DNA of 64,000 bases from an uncultured Bacteroidales bacterium. GTDB lineage: Bacteria; Bacteroidota; Bacteroidia; Bacteroidales; P3. The stretch spans positions 15,469 through 79,468 of the forward strand of contig ONCC01000012.1 in the NCBI GenBank assembly GCA_900316235.1, read 5' to 3'. The position numbers and the translations under genes were made by a program. This document shows, one piece after another, positions 27,516-37,868 of the stretch (position 1 is the first letter of the stretch; each line of letters starts with the position of its first letter). A model generated the notes under the pieces. The model did not search any database and had not been told where the DNA came from. It saw only the letters and a list, made by a program, of their open reading frames with translations.

Positions 27516-30500
27516 ATGAAAAAAGTTTCTACGATTTTTGCAGCTGTGATGATGATTGCCTCCGTGAGTTTTGCCCAGATGAGCAAGACCGCCGGGAAGT
27601 CTCATCGCGCCCTGCTGCAGGCCACCCGTTTCGCCCCTGCGAAACTGGTGAAGAATGTGGCCACCCTGAATGGCCTGAAAGTTAGTGGAAATCCGATTTG
27701 GGACAACACCATGTCGTACTGCCTCGACGCTGATTTCTACTCCGGTGGAGGCACGGAGACTCCGGGAGACACCATCTATTGGGCCATCAAGATTGAGTCT
27801 GCCGCCCTTGACGGCCGCAACAACCTGACCGATGTGGAGTTCTTTGTGGATTCTGTTGGCAACTATACGCTGCAAATCTTCAGCGGCGCCCAGCCCACCG
27901 GCACTGCCCTCTTCAATCAGACCATTGTCGCCACCGCTGCCGACACCATGGAATGGAAGACCGTCCATTTCACCAGTCCTATTGCCATTGACTCGACCCA
28001 GGACCTCTGGATTGTGCTGAGCAACAGTGATATCGCTTTTCCTGCCGCCGGTGTTTCGGGCAACGAGTATGACAACGGCAAGTGGGTCTCCCTCGATGGT
28101 ATCCAGTGGATGAATGTCGCCAATGCTGGTGTGGATGTCACCTGGATGATCCGTGCCATCAGCGACACCTACCCCGTACTGCCCCCCGTGCTTGACCTTC
28201 AAGGCCCCACCGCCGTTCGTACTGGCGACACCGCTTACTATTATGCCGCTAGTGGCAATGCCGACAGCTTCGAGTGGACAGTCACTGCCGACTATCTCGA
28301 CACCACCATCTCTAATGTTGCCGTCGTTTTGTGGGAGACCGCCGGTACCCAGCAGGTAATCGTAACTGCCACCAACACCGCCGGAAGTGTCTCCGACACT
28401 ATTGATGTCAATGTTTTCAGTTGCGATGATATCACTATCCCCTATGCGCCCAACTTCGACGGCGGCCTTGGCTGCTGGGATTCGCGTAGCGACAGCACCG
28501 AAAGCGGCTGGTACGCCAGTGTCGATATGTTCGACAACAATCCCGAAGGCCAGGTGCTTTCCTTCTCCGCACAGAACTACTATGGTATTTGGATGGTTGA
28601 CTTCCCTGCCGACAACTGGCTCTTCAGCCCTGAGATGGAGATGCCCGCCTCCGGCGAGTACGAGATTGCATGGCAGGTGAAACCCTATGACCCCACTTAT
28701 GCTGGCGACCACTATGGCGTCTACGTCATCAATGACGGCGACACCATCCTCCTTTTTGAGGAGAGCCTCACCGGCATGACCGACTACAACCAGCGTATGG
28801 CCATTATCCCCGACAGCATCAGCGGCGACTTCAAGGTGGCTTTCCGCCACTTCAATAGCGAGGGTGGCTATGTCATCATCCTCGACAGCATCGAGGTTCG
28901 CGGCCTCACTGCCCCCTATCTGACCCTCGTCGGCCCCATAGCCGCTGAGAATGGCACCGTTGCCACCTTCACCGCCATCGCCCCCAATGCCAGCAACTTT
29001 GAGTGGGCCATCAATGGCACCCCCGTCGATGCCACCGGCAATGTGTTGACCAACACCTTCACCACCAACGGCTACCATACCGTGGCCGTCACCGCCACCA
29101 ACAGCGTGGGCTCCACCGTCGACAGTATTTCTGTTGAGATTTACTCCTGCGATGGCGTCACCGAATTCCCCTACACTCAGGGCTTTGAGACAGGCCTCCG
29201 CTGCTGGACCATGGTCAGCGCCGATTCCGCCAACGACGATCGCTTCGGCCTCGACACCACCCACTACACTGGCAGTTATGGCTTCCGCTTCAGCAGCTAT
29301 AACCGCGCCGCCGACTACAACCAGTACCTTATCAGCCCCGAGCTCACTCTGCCCGAGACCGGCGAATACATGGTGAAATTTATGTACAAAGGCCATTCTA
29401 CGCATGAACACTTCCGTGTGCTGGCCTCTTCCACCACCAACGATGTGGCTGCCTTTACCACTGTCCTGGGTGAGTATACCGCCACCTCAATGGACTGGAC
29501 CGAGGTTGCCTTCCTTGTGCCCCAGAACACCAAGTACATTGCCATCGACTACTTCGCCGAATACCAGTACTACCTCTATGTCGACGATATCACCGTCAAG
29601 GTTCTTGACATCGTTCCCATTGTGACCGTCGAGGGCCCCATCTCTGCTGAATCTGGCGAGACCGTCACCTTCGTTGCCAACGCTCCCTTGGCTACTTCCT
29701 TCACCTGGACCGTCGACGGCAACCCCGCCAACACCACTACCAACTCGCTGTCCACCAGCTTCACCTCTGCCGGTAATCACACCGTCTCTGTCGTGGCCAC
29801 CAACAGCGTGGGCAACTCCACCCCCGCCACCGCCACTATCAACGTCTATTCCTGCGATCCCATTACCGAATTCCCCTGGATTGAAGATTTTGAAGAAAAC
29901 CACTTCGACTGCTGGAAATTCTACGATGAGGACGGCGATGGCGACAACTGGTTCGTCTATTTCTCCGAGGCTACGGCCTATGGCCACAACAACAGCCACC
30001 GTTTGGCCATGTCGGCTTCCTACGACAATAACTACGGTCCCCTCACTCCCGACAACTGGATGGTTCTTCCCGCCATGTCGCTCCCCGAAGGTTCCGAGCT
30101 CATCCTCAGCTGGTATGAAAGGGGGCAGGACACTGCCTACTTCGCAGAGAAGTACAGCGTCTACATCTCCACTACCGGTGCTCGCGTAGAGGACTTCACC
30201 GCTGCCGCCGGCAACTTCACCTCCACCAAGAACTGGGTGGGTCGCAACATCGACCTTTCGCAGTATGCCGGCCAAACCATCCACATCGCCTTCCGTCACC
30301 ACGACTGCACCGACATGTTCTACCTCGACATCGATGACATCAAGGTCAGCACCGAACGCGTGAGCATCAACGAGGTGGAAAGCAATATGATTAACCTCTA
30401 CCCCAATCCCGCCAGCGAAATGGTGAGCGTCAACGCCGAAGGTATTGAGGGCAAAGTCACCGTGCAGATTCTCGACCTCACCGGCCGCGTGATGATGCAG

Positions 30501-30617
30501 CAGGATGGCACCGCCCAGAACTTCCGCTTCGACGTGAGCAACCTCACCAAGGGATCCTACTTCGTCCGCATGAACGGCGAGAACATCAACGCCGTCCGCA
30601 AACTCGTTGTGAGATAA
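27516..30617 (+). CDS. large secreted multidomain protein: four adhesin-like (DGDGxNW / choice-of-anchor-J-like) modules separated by three PKD-like repeats, with a T9SS type-A C-terminal sorting domain
   Basis: Signal peptide MKKVSTIFAAVMMIASVSFA-Q. Three ~78 aa repeats of the form (V/L)xGPxxxxxGxxxxFxAxxxxAxxFxWxxxG...TAxNSxGS...SCD. DEDGDGDNWF motif. C-terminus LYPNPASEMVSV...ILDLTGRVM...LTKGSYFVRM...RKLVV. Confidence 0.8.
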   Translation: MKKVSTIFAAVMMIASVSFAQMSKTAGKSHRALLQATRFAPAKLVKNVATLNGLKVSGNPIWDNTMSYCLDADFYSGGGTETPGDTIYWAIKIESAALDGRNNLTDVEFFVDSVGNYTLQIFSGAQPTGTALFNQTIVATAADTMEWKTVHFTSPIAIDSTQDLWIVLSNSDIAFPAAGVSGNEYDNGKWVSLDGIQWMNVANAGVDVTWMIRAISDTYPVLPPVLDLQGPTAVRTGDTAYYYAASGNADSFEWTVTADYLDTTISNVAVVLWETAGTQQVIVTATNTAGSVSDTIDVNVFSCDDITIPYAPNFDGGLGCWDSRSDSTESGWYASVDMFDNNPEGQVLSFSAQNYYGIWMVDFPADNWLFSPEMEMPASGEYEIAWQVKPYDPTYAGDHYGVYVINDGDTILLFEESLTGMTDYNQRMAIIPDSISGDFKVAFRHFNSEGGYVIILDSIEVRGLTAPYLTLVGPIAAENGTVATFTAIAPNASNFEWAINGTPVDATGNVLTNTFTTNGYHTVAVTATNSVGSTVDSISVEIYSCDGVTEFPYTQGFETGLRCWTMVSADSANDDRFGLDTTHYTGSYGFRFSSYNRAADYNQYLISPELTLPETGEYMVKFMYKGHSTHEHFRVLASSTTNDVAAFTTVLGEYTATSMDWTEVAFLVPQNTKYIAIDYFAEYQYYLYVDDITVKVLDIVPIVTVEGPISAESGETVTFVANAPLATSFTWTVDGNPANTTTNSLSTSFTSAGNHTVSVVATNSVGNSTPATATINVYSCDPITEFPWIEDFEENHFDCWKFYDEDGDGDNWFVYFSEATAYGHNNSHRLAMSASYDNNYGPLTPDNWMVLPAMSLPEGSELILSWYERGQDTAYFAEKYSVYISTTGARVEDFTAAAGNFTSTKNWVGRNIDLSQYAGQTIHIAFRHHDCTDMFYLDIDDIKVSTERVSINEVESNMINLYPNPASEMVSVNAEGIEGKVTVQILDLTGRVMMQQDGTAQNFRFDVSNLTKGSYFVRMNGENINAVRKLVVR

Positions 30618-30698
30618 GGTTTCACAACCCGTAATACCACCAAGAGGGTGTCCTTTCGCCGGGACACCCCCTTCCAAGAAAAACAAAAAACAATAACA

Positions 30699-31736
30699 AT
30701 GGAAAAGAAAGACCTCCTGAAAGAAACCGTCAAGCACATTGACATCAAGAAGTACGACAGCACCGAGCTTATCGACGCCATGCGCCACATGAGCTTCACC
30801 AGCCGCGACACCGCCCGCGCCGCCGACATCCTCTGCCAGATGCTGGCCGAGAAGGACTGCACCAACATCCTGACCATCGCCGGTTCCACCAGCGCCGCCG
30901 GCTGCATGCAGGTGTATGTGGACATGGTGCGCAACAAGATGATTGACGCCGTGGTCAGCACCGGCGCCTCCATCATTGACATGGACCTCTTCGAGGCCTT
31001 GGGCTACAAGCACTATATCGGCACCAAGGAGAACGTCATCCCCGACACCAAGCTCCGCGAGCTTTACATCGACCGCATCTACGACACCTTCATCGACGAA
31101 GAGGAGCTGCAGGCCTGCGACCAGGCCACCTGCGACGTCGCCGACTTGCTCGAGCCACGCCCCTACAGTAGCCGCGAGTTCCTCTACGAAGTGGGCAAAT
31201 GGCTCGCCAACGGCCACGGCGTGAAGAAAGACAGCCTCATCCAGACCTGCTACGAGTGCGGTGTGCCTATCTTCTGCCCCGCCTTCAGCGATAGCAGCGC
31301 CGGCTTTGGCATCGGCAAGCACCAGTGGATCCGCAAGCATGCCGGCAAGCCCTACGTGAGCATCGACAGTGTGGCCGACTTTCTGGAGCTCACTGAGATT
31401 AAGATGAACAGTCCCGAGAGCGGCCTCTTCATGGTCGGCGGCGGCACCCCCAAGAATTTTGCTCAAGACACCGTCGTGTGTGCTGAAATTCTGGGTAAAG
31501 AGGTGCCCATGCACAAATATGCCATCCAGATTACCGTGGCCGACGTCCGTGACGGCGCCTGCTCCTCCAGCACCCTCCTCGAGGCTGGCAGCTGGGGCAA
31601 GGTGAGCGAGGAACTGCAGCAGATGGTCTATGCCGAAGGCACCACCGTCATCCCCGCCATCGTCAGCTACGCCTACCACAACGGCGACTGGAAGAACCGC
31701 GAGTATAAGAACTGGCAGAAACTCTTCCAAAAATAA
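30699..31736 (+). CDS. deoxyhypusine synthase-like protein (DHS/homospermidine-synthase family)
   Basis: Start at MEKKDLLKETV inside track ORF 30648..31736. AGSTSAAGCMQ, VSTGASIID and MVGGGTPKNF are DHS-family NAD/spermidine-site blocks. Confidence 0.75.
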   Translation: MEKKDLLKETVKHIDIKKYDSTELIDAMRHMSFTSRDTARAADILCQMLAEKDCTNILTIAGSTSAAGCMQVYVDMVRNKMIDAVVSTGASIIDMDLFEALGYKHYIGTKENVIPDTKLRELYIDRIYDTFIDEEELQACDQATCDVADLLEPRPYSSREFLYEVGKWLANGHGVKKDSLIQTCYECGVPIFCPAFSDSSAGFGIGKHQWIRKHAGKPYVSIDSVADFLELTEIKMNSPESGLFMVGGGTPKNFAQDTVVCAEILGKEVPMHKYAIQITVADVRDGACSSSTLLEAGSWGKVSEELQQMVYAEGTTVIPAIVSYAYHNGDWKNREYKNWQKLFQK

Positions 31737-31756
31737 CTTTTTGGAATATCCGAAAC

Positions 31757-31785
31757 AAAAAAGCCCCCGTTTGGGGGCTTTTTTC
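31757..31785 (+). terminator. intrinsic terminator
   Basis: AAAAAGCCCCC-GTTT-GGGGGCTTTTTT. Confidence 0.75.
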
Positions 31786-31838
31786 ATTTGTAAAACAACC
31801 ATCAAAAATATGTTAAACGCTATTTTAAAAATAATTCG

Positions 31839-31846
31839 TATCTTTG
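31839..31846 (+). promoter_or_regulatory. -7 box (TATCTTTG) for the S46 peptidase gene
   Basis: Exact TAnnTTTG, 27 nt upstream of ATG 31873. Confidence 0.45.
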
Positions 31847-31872
31847 CATTTTAAAATAAAAAATATAAAACA

Positions 31873-33984
31873 ATGAAGAAGATACTCACAATCCTAGTAT
31901 TGGCAACACTTTCGCTGCCTTCCTTCGCCGACGAGGGTATGTGGATACCCATGCTCCTGCAACGCAATGAAGCTGCCATGCAGAAGGCCGGCATGCACAT
32001 CTCGGCCAAAGACATCTACGACATTAACCACGCCTCGCTCAAGGATGCCATCCTCCTCTTCGGCGGCGGATGCACCGGCGAATTTGTCAGTGAAGAGGGA
32101 TTAGTATTAACAAACCACCACTGCGGCTACAGCTATATCGTAAAACACAGCTCGGTGGAGCACGACTACCTCACCAATGGCTTTTGGGCCATGTCGCGCG
32201 ATCAAGAAATTCCCTGCCCGGGTCTCAGCGTGACACGTCTCGTCCGCATGGAGGACGTCACCGCCCAGGTGCTTGAGGGTATCACCGAAGAGACCTCCGA
32301 GCCCGACCGCGAAAAAATTGTGGAGAAGAATATCGCTACTATCACGGTTAAAGCCGTCGAGGGCACACACTATAAAGCCATCATCAAACCCTTCTACTAC
32401 GGCAACCAGTACTTCATGTATGTCAATGAGGTCTTCACCGACGTGCGCCTGGTAGGAGCCCCTCCCTCGAATATCGGCAAGTTCGGTGGTGACACCGATA
32501 ACTGGATGTGGCCTCGCCACACCGGTGACTTCTCCATGTTCCGTGTCTATGCCAAGGATGGCAAGCCTGCCGATTTCAGCAGCGACAACACCCCCTATCG
32601 CCCCTTGAAACACCTGGAGATTAGTCTTAAAGGCATCGATGAAGGCGACTTCACCTTCGTCTTCGGCTACCCCGGCACCACGCGCCGCTATGTGACACAC
32701 GATGCCGTCGACCTGGCCGCCAACGTCGAAAATCCCGTGCGTATAGCTCTGCGCGACATCCGTCTGGCTCATTACAACGCCGCCATGCAGCAGTCGCCTG
32801 CCCAACGCCTGAAATACGCCTCTCGCGTAGCTTCCATCGCTAATGGCTGGAAGAAATGGCAGGGCGAAACCCTCGGCATCGAGCGCCTCCACGGCGTGGA
32901 GCAGAAACTCGAGCAGGAGGCCGCCTTCCGTAAATGGGCTGCCGACAAGCCCCAGTACCGCGACGTACTCGACCAACTAGAAGACAACTACGCACGCCTG
33001 CGCGAGATAGAGACCGAGTGGACCTACTTCAATGAGGCCTTGATGGCTAGCGACTTCATGAACCGCGCCTACCGTCTGTTTCAGATTTCACGCAGCGGCG
33101 ACACCACCCTTGTAGCCAAGCTGCGTACCGACAGCGAGAAATACTTCGAGGACTTCGACCAGCATTCGCCTATCGATGAAGCCATCTTCCTTGAGACCTT
33201 CCTTTATATGTGGGAGCGTGGTTTTGCCTCGTTCCTGCCTGCCGACCGCTACCAGACCGACGCCGACGTGGAGGCCATGCTGAAGAAAGTCTACCAAAAG
33301 TCCATCCTCAACAACCCAAAGAAGTTGATGAAGCTGCTCAGCAAGGACCGCAACAAGATTTTGGATGTCATCCGTAGAGACCCAGCCTATGACCTCTTCT
33401 CCATCGCCTATCTCTTCTGCTACAGTGACACCAAGCGCAAGACCTACAATGAGGCCGATGACAATATCCAACGCCTCATGCGCACCTACATCAAGGGCAT
33501 GATGGAGCAGTATCCCGACAGCAACTTCTTCCCCGATGCCAACCTCACACTCCGTGTGGCCTATGGCCATGTCGAGGGCTTCAAACCCAAGGACGCCACC
33601 TACTACACCGCCTACTCCACCATTGAGGGCATCATGGAGAAAGAGAATCCCCATGTCTACGACTATCGCGTAGAACCCAGGCTCAAGGAACTCTGGCAGA
33701 AGAAAGACTATGGCCAGTATGCCAATAAGAAAGGCGAGCTTCCCGTGGCTTTCATCGCCACCAACCACACCACCGGCGGCAACAGCGGCTCGCCCGTGCT
33801 CAACGCCGACGGCCAACTCATCGGCATCAACTTCGACCGCTGCTGGGAGGGCACCATGAGCGACCTCCTCTTTGACCCCGCTTACTGCCGTAACATCTCG
33901 CTTGATATCCGCTACTGTCTCTTCATCATCGACAAATTCGCCGGTGCCCGCCACCTAGTTGACGAAATGACACTGGTAAACTGA
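31873..33984 (+). CDS. S46-family dipeptidyl-peptidase (DPP7/DPP11-like)
   Basis: 703 aa. The post-signal ADEGMWIP, TNHHCG (His) and TTGGNSGSPVLN (Ser) are hallmark S46 motifs. Confidence 0.9.
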   Translation: MKKILTILVLATLSLPSFADEGMWIPMLLQRNEAAMQKAGMHISAKDIYDINHASLKDAILLFGGGCTGEFVSEEGLVLTNHHCGYSYIVKHSSVEHDYLTNGFWAMSRDQEIPCPGLSVTRLVRMEDVTAQVLEGITEETSEPDREKIVEKNIATITVKAVEGTHYKAIIKPFYYGNQYFMYVNEVFTDVRLVGAPPSNIGKFGGDTDNWMWPRHTGDFSMFRVYAKDGKPADFSSDNTPYRPLKHLEISLKGIDEGDFTFVFGYPGTTRRYVTHDAVDLAANVENPVRIALRDIRLAHYNAAMQQSPAQRLKYASRVASIANGWKKWQGETLGIERLHGVEQKLEQEAAFRKWAADKPQYRDVLDQLEDNYARLREIETEWTYFNEALMASDFMNRAYRLFQISRSGDTTLVAKLRTDSEKYFEDFDQHSPIDEAIFLETFLYMWERGFASFLPADRYQTDADVEAMLKKVYQKSILNNPKKLMKLLSKDRNKILDVIRRDPAYDLFSIAYLFCYSDTKRKTYNEADDNIQRLMRTYIKGMMEQYPDSNFFPDANLTLRVAYGHVEGFKPKDATYYTAYSTIEGIMEKENPHVYDYRVEPRLKELWQKKDYGQYANKKGELPVAFIATNHTTGGNSGSPVLNADGQLIGINFDRCWEGTMSDLLFDPAYCRNISLDIRYCLFIIDKFAGARHLVDEMTLVN

Positions 33985-34010
33985 CTTTTCATACGTAATT
34001 ACGTTGAAAA

Positions 34011-37000
34011 ATGAAACACCTTTTCCTTTTCCTGGGACTCCTGCTGTCGACCGGCACCTTGTCGGCACAAAAGGAGACCTCCGTGCGCATCCTCAGCGAC
34101 AACTACGACACCCTGCGCATGGTCATCACCACCGCCACACTGACGGCAAGCGAAACAAGCCTCAACGGCGAACCCTTCAGCACCCTCACCATCGATGGAT
34201 GCCTCCCCTCCTCCCTCATTGCCGAACCCACCCTACCGGTGTTCTCGCGGATAATCGAGGTACCCCTCTGCAAAGGTTTTTCCGTGAAGGTCACCAATGC
34301 GGTCTACGACACTGTCGACCTGCAACTGCGCTACCCCGTTCTCCCCGCCCAGCCCTCACGCAGCAAGAGCGACACCTTATGGCATCCCACCCAGATGACC
34401 AAAAGCATCTATGATGCCGACAAATTCTACAGCCAGCGTGAAGCCCTGGTGGAGGCCGTGGGCGTAGCTCGCGACCGCAACCTGGCCCGTCTGCAGTTCT
34501 CCCCCGTGAGCTACAACCCCGTGAGCGGTAAAATCATTATCTGCCGCCACGCCACGGTGACCGTCGTCTACCGGAGTGCCGACAAAAAAGGCACCGAAGA
34601 GATGTTCGCACGCTACCACTCGCCTCTCTTCAATAGCGGCGCCAATGTGCTGAACAGTCTCTACCCCAAGAGCGTGCGTACCACTGCACCCGTGCGCTAC
34701 CTCATCGTGGCCAATAGCATGTTCCGCGGCCACCTCGACACTTTCATCGCCTGGAAAAAGCGAAAAGGATTCCTCACCGACATCGTCTATACCGACAACC
34801 CTGCTGTGGGGAGCGACACCACCTCCATAGCAGCCTATATCAAGAGTCTCTACACAAATGCCACCGCCACCAATCCGGCACCAACCTACGTGCTGTTGGT
34901 GGGCGACGTGGAGCAGCTGCCGGCCTTTGTGGGTGTCACCAACTCGTCCCACATCTCCGACCTCTACTATGCCACTTGGACCTCTGGCGACAACATCCCC
35001 GACTGCCACTATGGTCGCTTCTCGGCACAGACAGTCAGCCAATTAACCCCACAGGTAGCAAAGACCCTCATGTATGAGCAGTACACCTTCGCCGATCCCT
35101 CGTTCCTCGACCATGCAGTGATGGTGGCCGGTGTCGATGGAGGCACGGCAGGTGACTACGGCTATACCCATGCCGACCCTGCCATGGACTATGCCGTCAC
35201 GAACTATGTCAACGGCACCCACGACTGGAGCCAGGTGATGTATTTCAAGAACGACCTCTCTATCATCCCCGCCTGCACCTCCAATGTCACCCTTGGCAGC
35301 AGCGCCTCCTCCAACTCCGCCACCGTGCGCAGCTACTATAACCAAGGAGCGGGCCTCATCAACTACAGCGCCCACGGCAGTTCCACGAGCTGGGGAACTC
35401 CGAACTTTACTACCACGCACATTAGCCAGATGACCAACAGCCAAAAGTTCGGCCTCATGATTGGCAACTGCTGCCAGACCAATAAGTTCCAGGAAAGCAC
35501 TTGCTTCGGCGAAGCCCTGCTGCGCAAAGATAACTACTGCGGCGCCGTGGGCTACATCGGCGGCAGCAACAACACCTACTGGTTCGAGGACTTCTACTGG
35601 GCCGTAGGCGTGCGCAACGCCATCAGCGCCACTATGTTGATGGACTATAAACCAACAGCCCTCGGCGTCTACGACCGTACCTTCCACACCCATGGAGAGA
35701 GCTATGCTAACTGGTGCACCACGCAAGGCTCCATGCTGATGCAGGGCAACATGACGGTGCAGGCCTCCACGGCTTCCGACAACCGCAAGCTCTACTACTG
35801 GGAAATCTACCACCTCATGGGCGATCCCTCACTGATGCCCTATATGACCCAAGCCGACACCATGACCCTCAGCCTGGTCGCTTCGGTGCCCTGCGGCACT
35901 ACGACATATCCTGTTGTGGCAGCGCCCCACGCCTATGTGGCCCTCACTGACACCCTGACGGGTGCCCTTGTCGCCTCTGCCTTCGCCGACACTTCGGGTA
36001 ATACCACCCTCCTGCTGCCTGCCACCCTGGCTGCCGGCACCTACCGCCTCGCCGCCTCGGCACAGCAATACCGCACTGCTTTCCGCCTCATCAACGTGGT
36101 CCAGCCTACAGGAGCCTACGCTGTGGTTACCTCCATCGCCTCTGCTCCGCTCAATGCCGGCGACACCGTGCCCCTGACTCTCCACTTCGAGAACCCCGGC
36201 AATGCTACGGCACACAACATCGTCGCCGTCCTGACCAGCGACAACCCCATGCTCTCCTTCTCTACCGACACGGTGCTGGTTGACAGTTTGGCCGCCGGTA
36301 CCTCGGCCGACATCACGGGAGCCGTTAGCGCCAGGGTATCCATTCTGGCCATCGACAATGACGCCGCCAACGTGAACATCCACACCTCCTGGAGCGGCAA
36401 CACCGCCGGCAGCGAGAGTATCGTGAGGCTTCACCTCTTCACCCCGGTCATTACCCTCGCCTTCTCCAATCCCGAGCCGAGCCTGCTACCCGGCACTACG
36501 ACAACTCTCACAGCCACCCTGCACAATAGCGGCCACGCTCCGACACCCATCTCACGGCTGACCTTCGTCTCCCCCACCCCGCTGCTCACCGCCACGGTCG
36601 GCGACACTTCCGCTTTCTCCCTCGCGCCGGAAACCAGCGCCACGGCCCTCATCACCCTCCAGGCCGATAGCCTCCTGCCGCTAGACATCTACTTGCCGCT
36701 AGCCTACTCCTTCGACAACCTTCACGATACCCTGTCGGTATTCATCGGCCAGGGCTACGTCGAGGGATTCGAGAGCGGCAGTATCCTCCTTCCGGGTCTT
36801 GCCAACAACGGCCCCCATCCTTGGGTAATCATCGACTCGCAGGCCTACGAGGGCACCTACTGCATGCGCTCGGCACCCAACCTGGGGAACTATGACACCT
36901 CAGAGATGGTGCTCACCCTCAATGTCGCCACCGCCGGCCAGATAAGCTTCTATTACAGCGTCTCATCGGAAGCAAACTACGACAAATTTTTCTTCATCGT

Positions 37001-37868
37001 CGACGGAAGCAATGTCGTCACCGCTTCGGGCGATGAAGACTGGACGCTCGTCACCCACCCGCTCAGCGCTGGAAACCACACCCTTACCTTCCGCTATAAA
37101 AAAGATGTCAACATCAACAGGGGCAGCGACTGCGCCTGGGTCGACAAGATTGTCCTTCCCCACCAGCTGCACTCCGTCAGCTTCGTCTACCGCGAGGCCT
37201 GCATGGGTGATGCGCTGGTCATCGACGGACAGCCCGTCGCCACCGACCACCCCGGCAGCGGCTCCAGCATCGTCACGGCGCCAAACGGCGACGTAACATT
37301 CTGCAATTACGACATCCACCCCTCCTACAACATCAGCGACGTTATCGAGGGTTGCGACAGCCTCCTCTGGCAGGGACAAATCTACACCTCTACAATCTAC
37401 ACCCTCGACACCCTCTCCTCCCTCCAGGGCTGCGACAGCATCGTGGGCCTCAGCCTCATCGTGGGCCATTCCTCCGTCGGCGACACCTTCGTCGTCGCCA
37501 CGCAGGCCACAACCTATGAATGGTACGGCACCGTCTACAACACCTCCGGCACCTACCACCAGATTTTTGAAAATAGCGAGGGCTGCGACAGCACCATCAC
37601 CCTCATCCTCACCTTCGGCGACGACCAAGGTATCGATGATGTAAACGACGGACAGTGGACGGTGGGCCTCTATCCCAATCCCACCACAGGGCAACTGCAC
37701 CTCAGCCAGCAGGTCGACGACGTGAGGGTCTACGACCTCTCCGGCCGTGAGCTCCTGCGCCAGAATAATGTGCAGTCCCTCGACCTCACCCCCCTGCCTG
37801 CCGGCACCTACCTCCTCCGCCTCACCCGACCCGACACCTCCACCACCCGACGGGTAGTGAAACAATAA
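34011..37868 (+). CDS. C25-family (gingipain-like) cysteine peptidase with long C-terminal extension and T9SS type-A sorting domain
   Basis: 1285 aa. Signal peptide ends LSA-Q. VLLVGDVEQLPAF, NYSAHGSSTSWG (His) and LMIGNCCQTNKF (Cys). C-terminus LYPNPTTGQLHL...VRVYDLSGREL...LPAGTYLLRL...RRVVKQ. Confidence 0.85.
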   Translation: MKHLFLFLGLLLSTGTLSAQKETSVRILSDNYDTLRMVITTATLTASETSLNGEPFSTLTIDGCLPSSLIAEPTLPVFSRIIEVPLCKGFSVKVTNAVYDTVDLQLRYPVLPAQPSRSKSDTLWHPTQMTKSIYDADKFYSQREALVEAVGVARDRNLARLQFSPVSYNPVSGKIIICRHATVTVVYRSADKKGTEEMFARYHSPLFNSGANVLNSLYPKSVRTTAPVRYLIVANSMFRGHLDTFIAWKKRKGFLTDIVYTDNPAVGSDTTSIAAYIKSLYTNATATNPAPTYVLLVGDVEQLPAFVGVTNSSHISDLYYATWTSGDNIPDCHYGRFSAQTVSQLTPQVAKTLMYEQYTFADPSFLDHAVMVAGVDGGTAGDYGYTHADPAMDYAVTNYVNGTHDWSQVMYFKNDLSIIPACTSNVTLGSSASSNSATVRSYYNQGAGLINYSAHGSSTSWGTPNFTTTHISQMTNSQKFGLMIGNCCQTNKFQESTCFGEALLRKDNYCGAVGYIGGSNNTYWFEDFYWAVGVRNAISATMLMDYKPTALGVYDRTFHTHGESYANWCTTQGSMLMQGNMTVQASTASDNRKLYYWEIYHLMGDPSLMPYMTQADTMTLSLVASVPCGTTTYPVVAAPHAYVALTDTLTGALVASAFADTSGNTTLLLPATLAAGTYRLAASAQQYRTAFRLINVVQPTGAYAVVTSIASAPLNAGDTVPLTLHFENPGNATAHNIVAVLTSDNPMLSFSTDTVLVDSLAAGTSADITGAVSARVSILAIDNDAANVNIHTSWSGNTAGSESIVRLHLFTPVITLAFSNPEPSLLPGTTTTLTATLHNSGHAPTPISRLTFVSPTPLLTATVGDTSAFSLAPETSATALITLQADSLLPLDIYLPLAYSFDNLHDTLSVFIGQGYVEGFESGSILLPGLANNGPHPWVIIDSQAYEGTYCMRSAPNLGNYDTSEMVLTLNVATAGQISFYYSVSSEANYDKFFFIVDGSNVVTASGDEDWTLVTHPLSAGNHTLTFRYKKDVNINRGSDCAWVDKIVLPHQLHSVSFVYREACMGDALVIDGQPVATDHPGSGSSIVTAPNGDVTFCNYDIHPSYNISDVIEGCDSLLWQGQIYTSTIYTLDTLSSLQGCDSIVGLSLIVGHSSVGDTFVVATQATTYEWYGTVYNTSGTYHQIFENSEGCDSTITLILTFGDDQGIDDVNDGQWTVGLYPNPTTGQLHLSQQVDDVRVYDLSGRELLRQNNVQSLDLTPLPAGTYLLRLTRPDTSTTRRVVKQ

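Noticed and set aside
27501-31805. Very long antisense ORFs (636 aa at 27501..29411 and 772 aa at 29487..31805). Similar shadows occur at 6237..7661, 43885..45489, 38206..38925, 61115..62275 and 62251..63312.
   Set aside because: Each lies opposite a gene with clear family motifs. Their products are Gly/Val/Ala/Asp-rich low-complexity strings typical of stop-codon depletion on the antisense strand of genes with a G/C-rich third position. No independent start context or motif is present.
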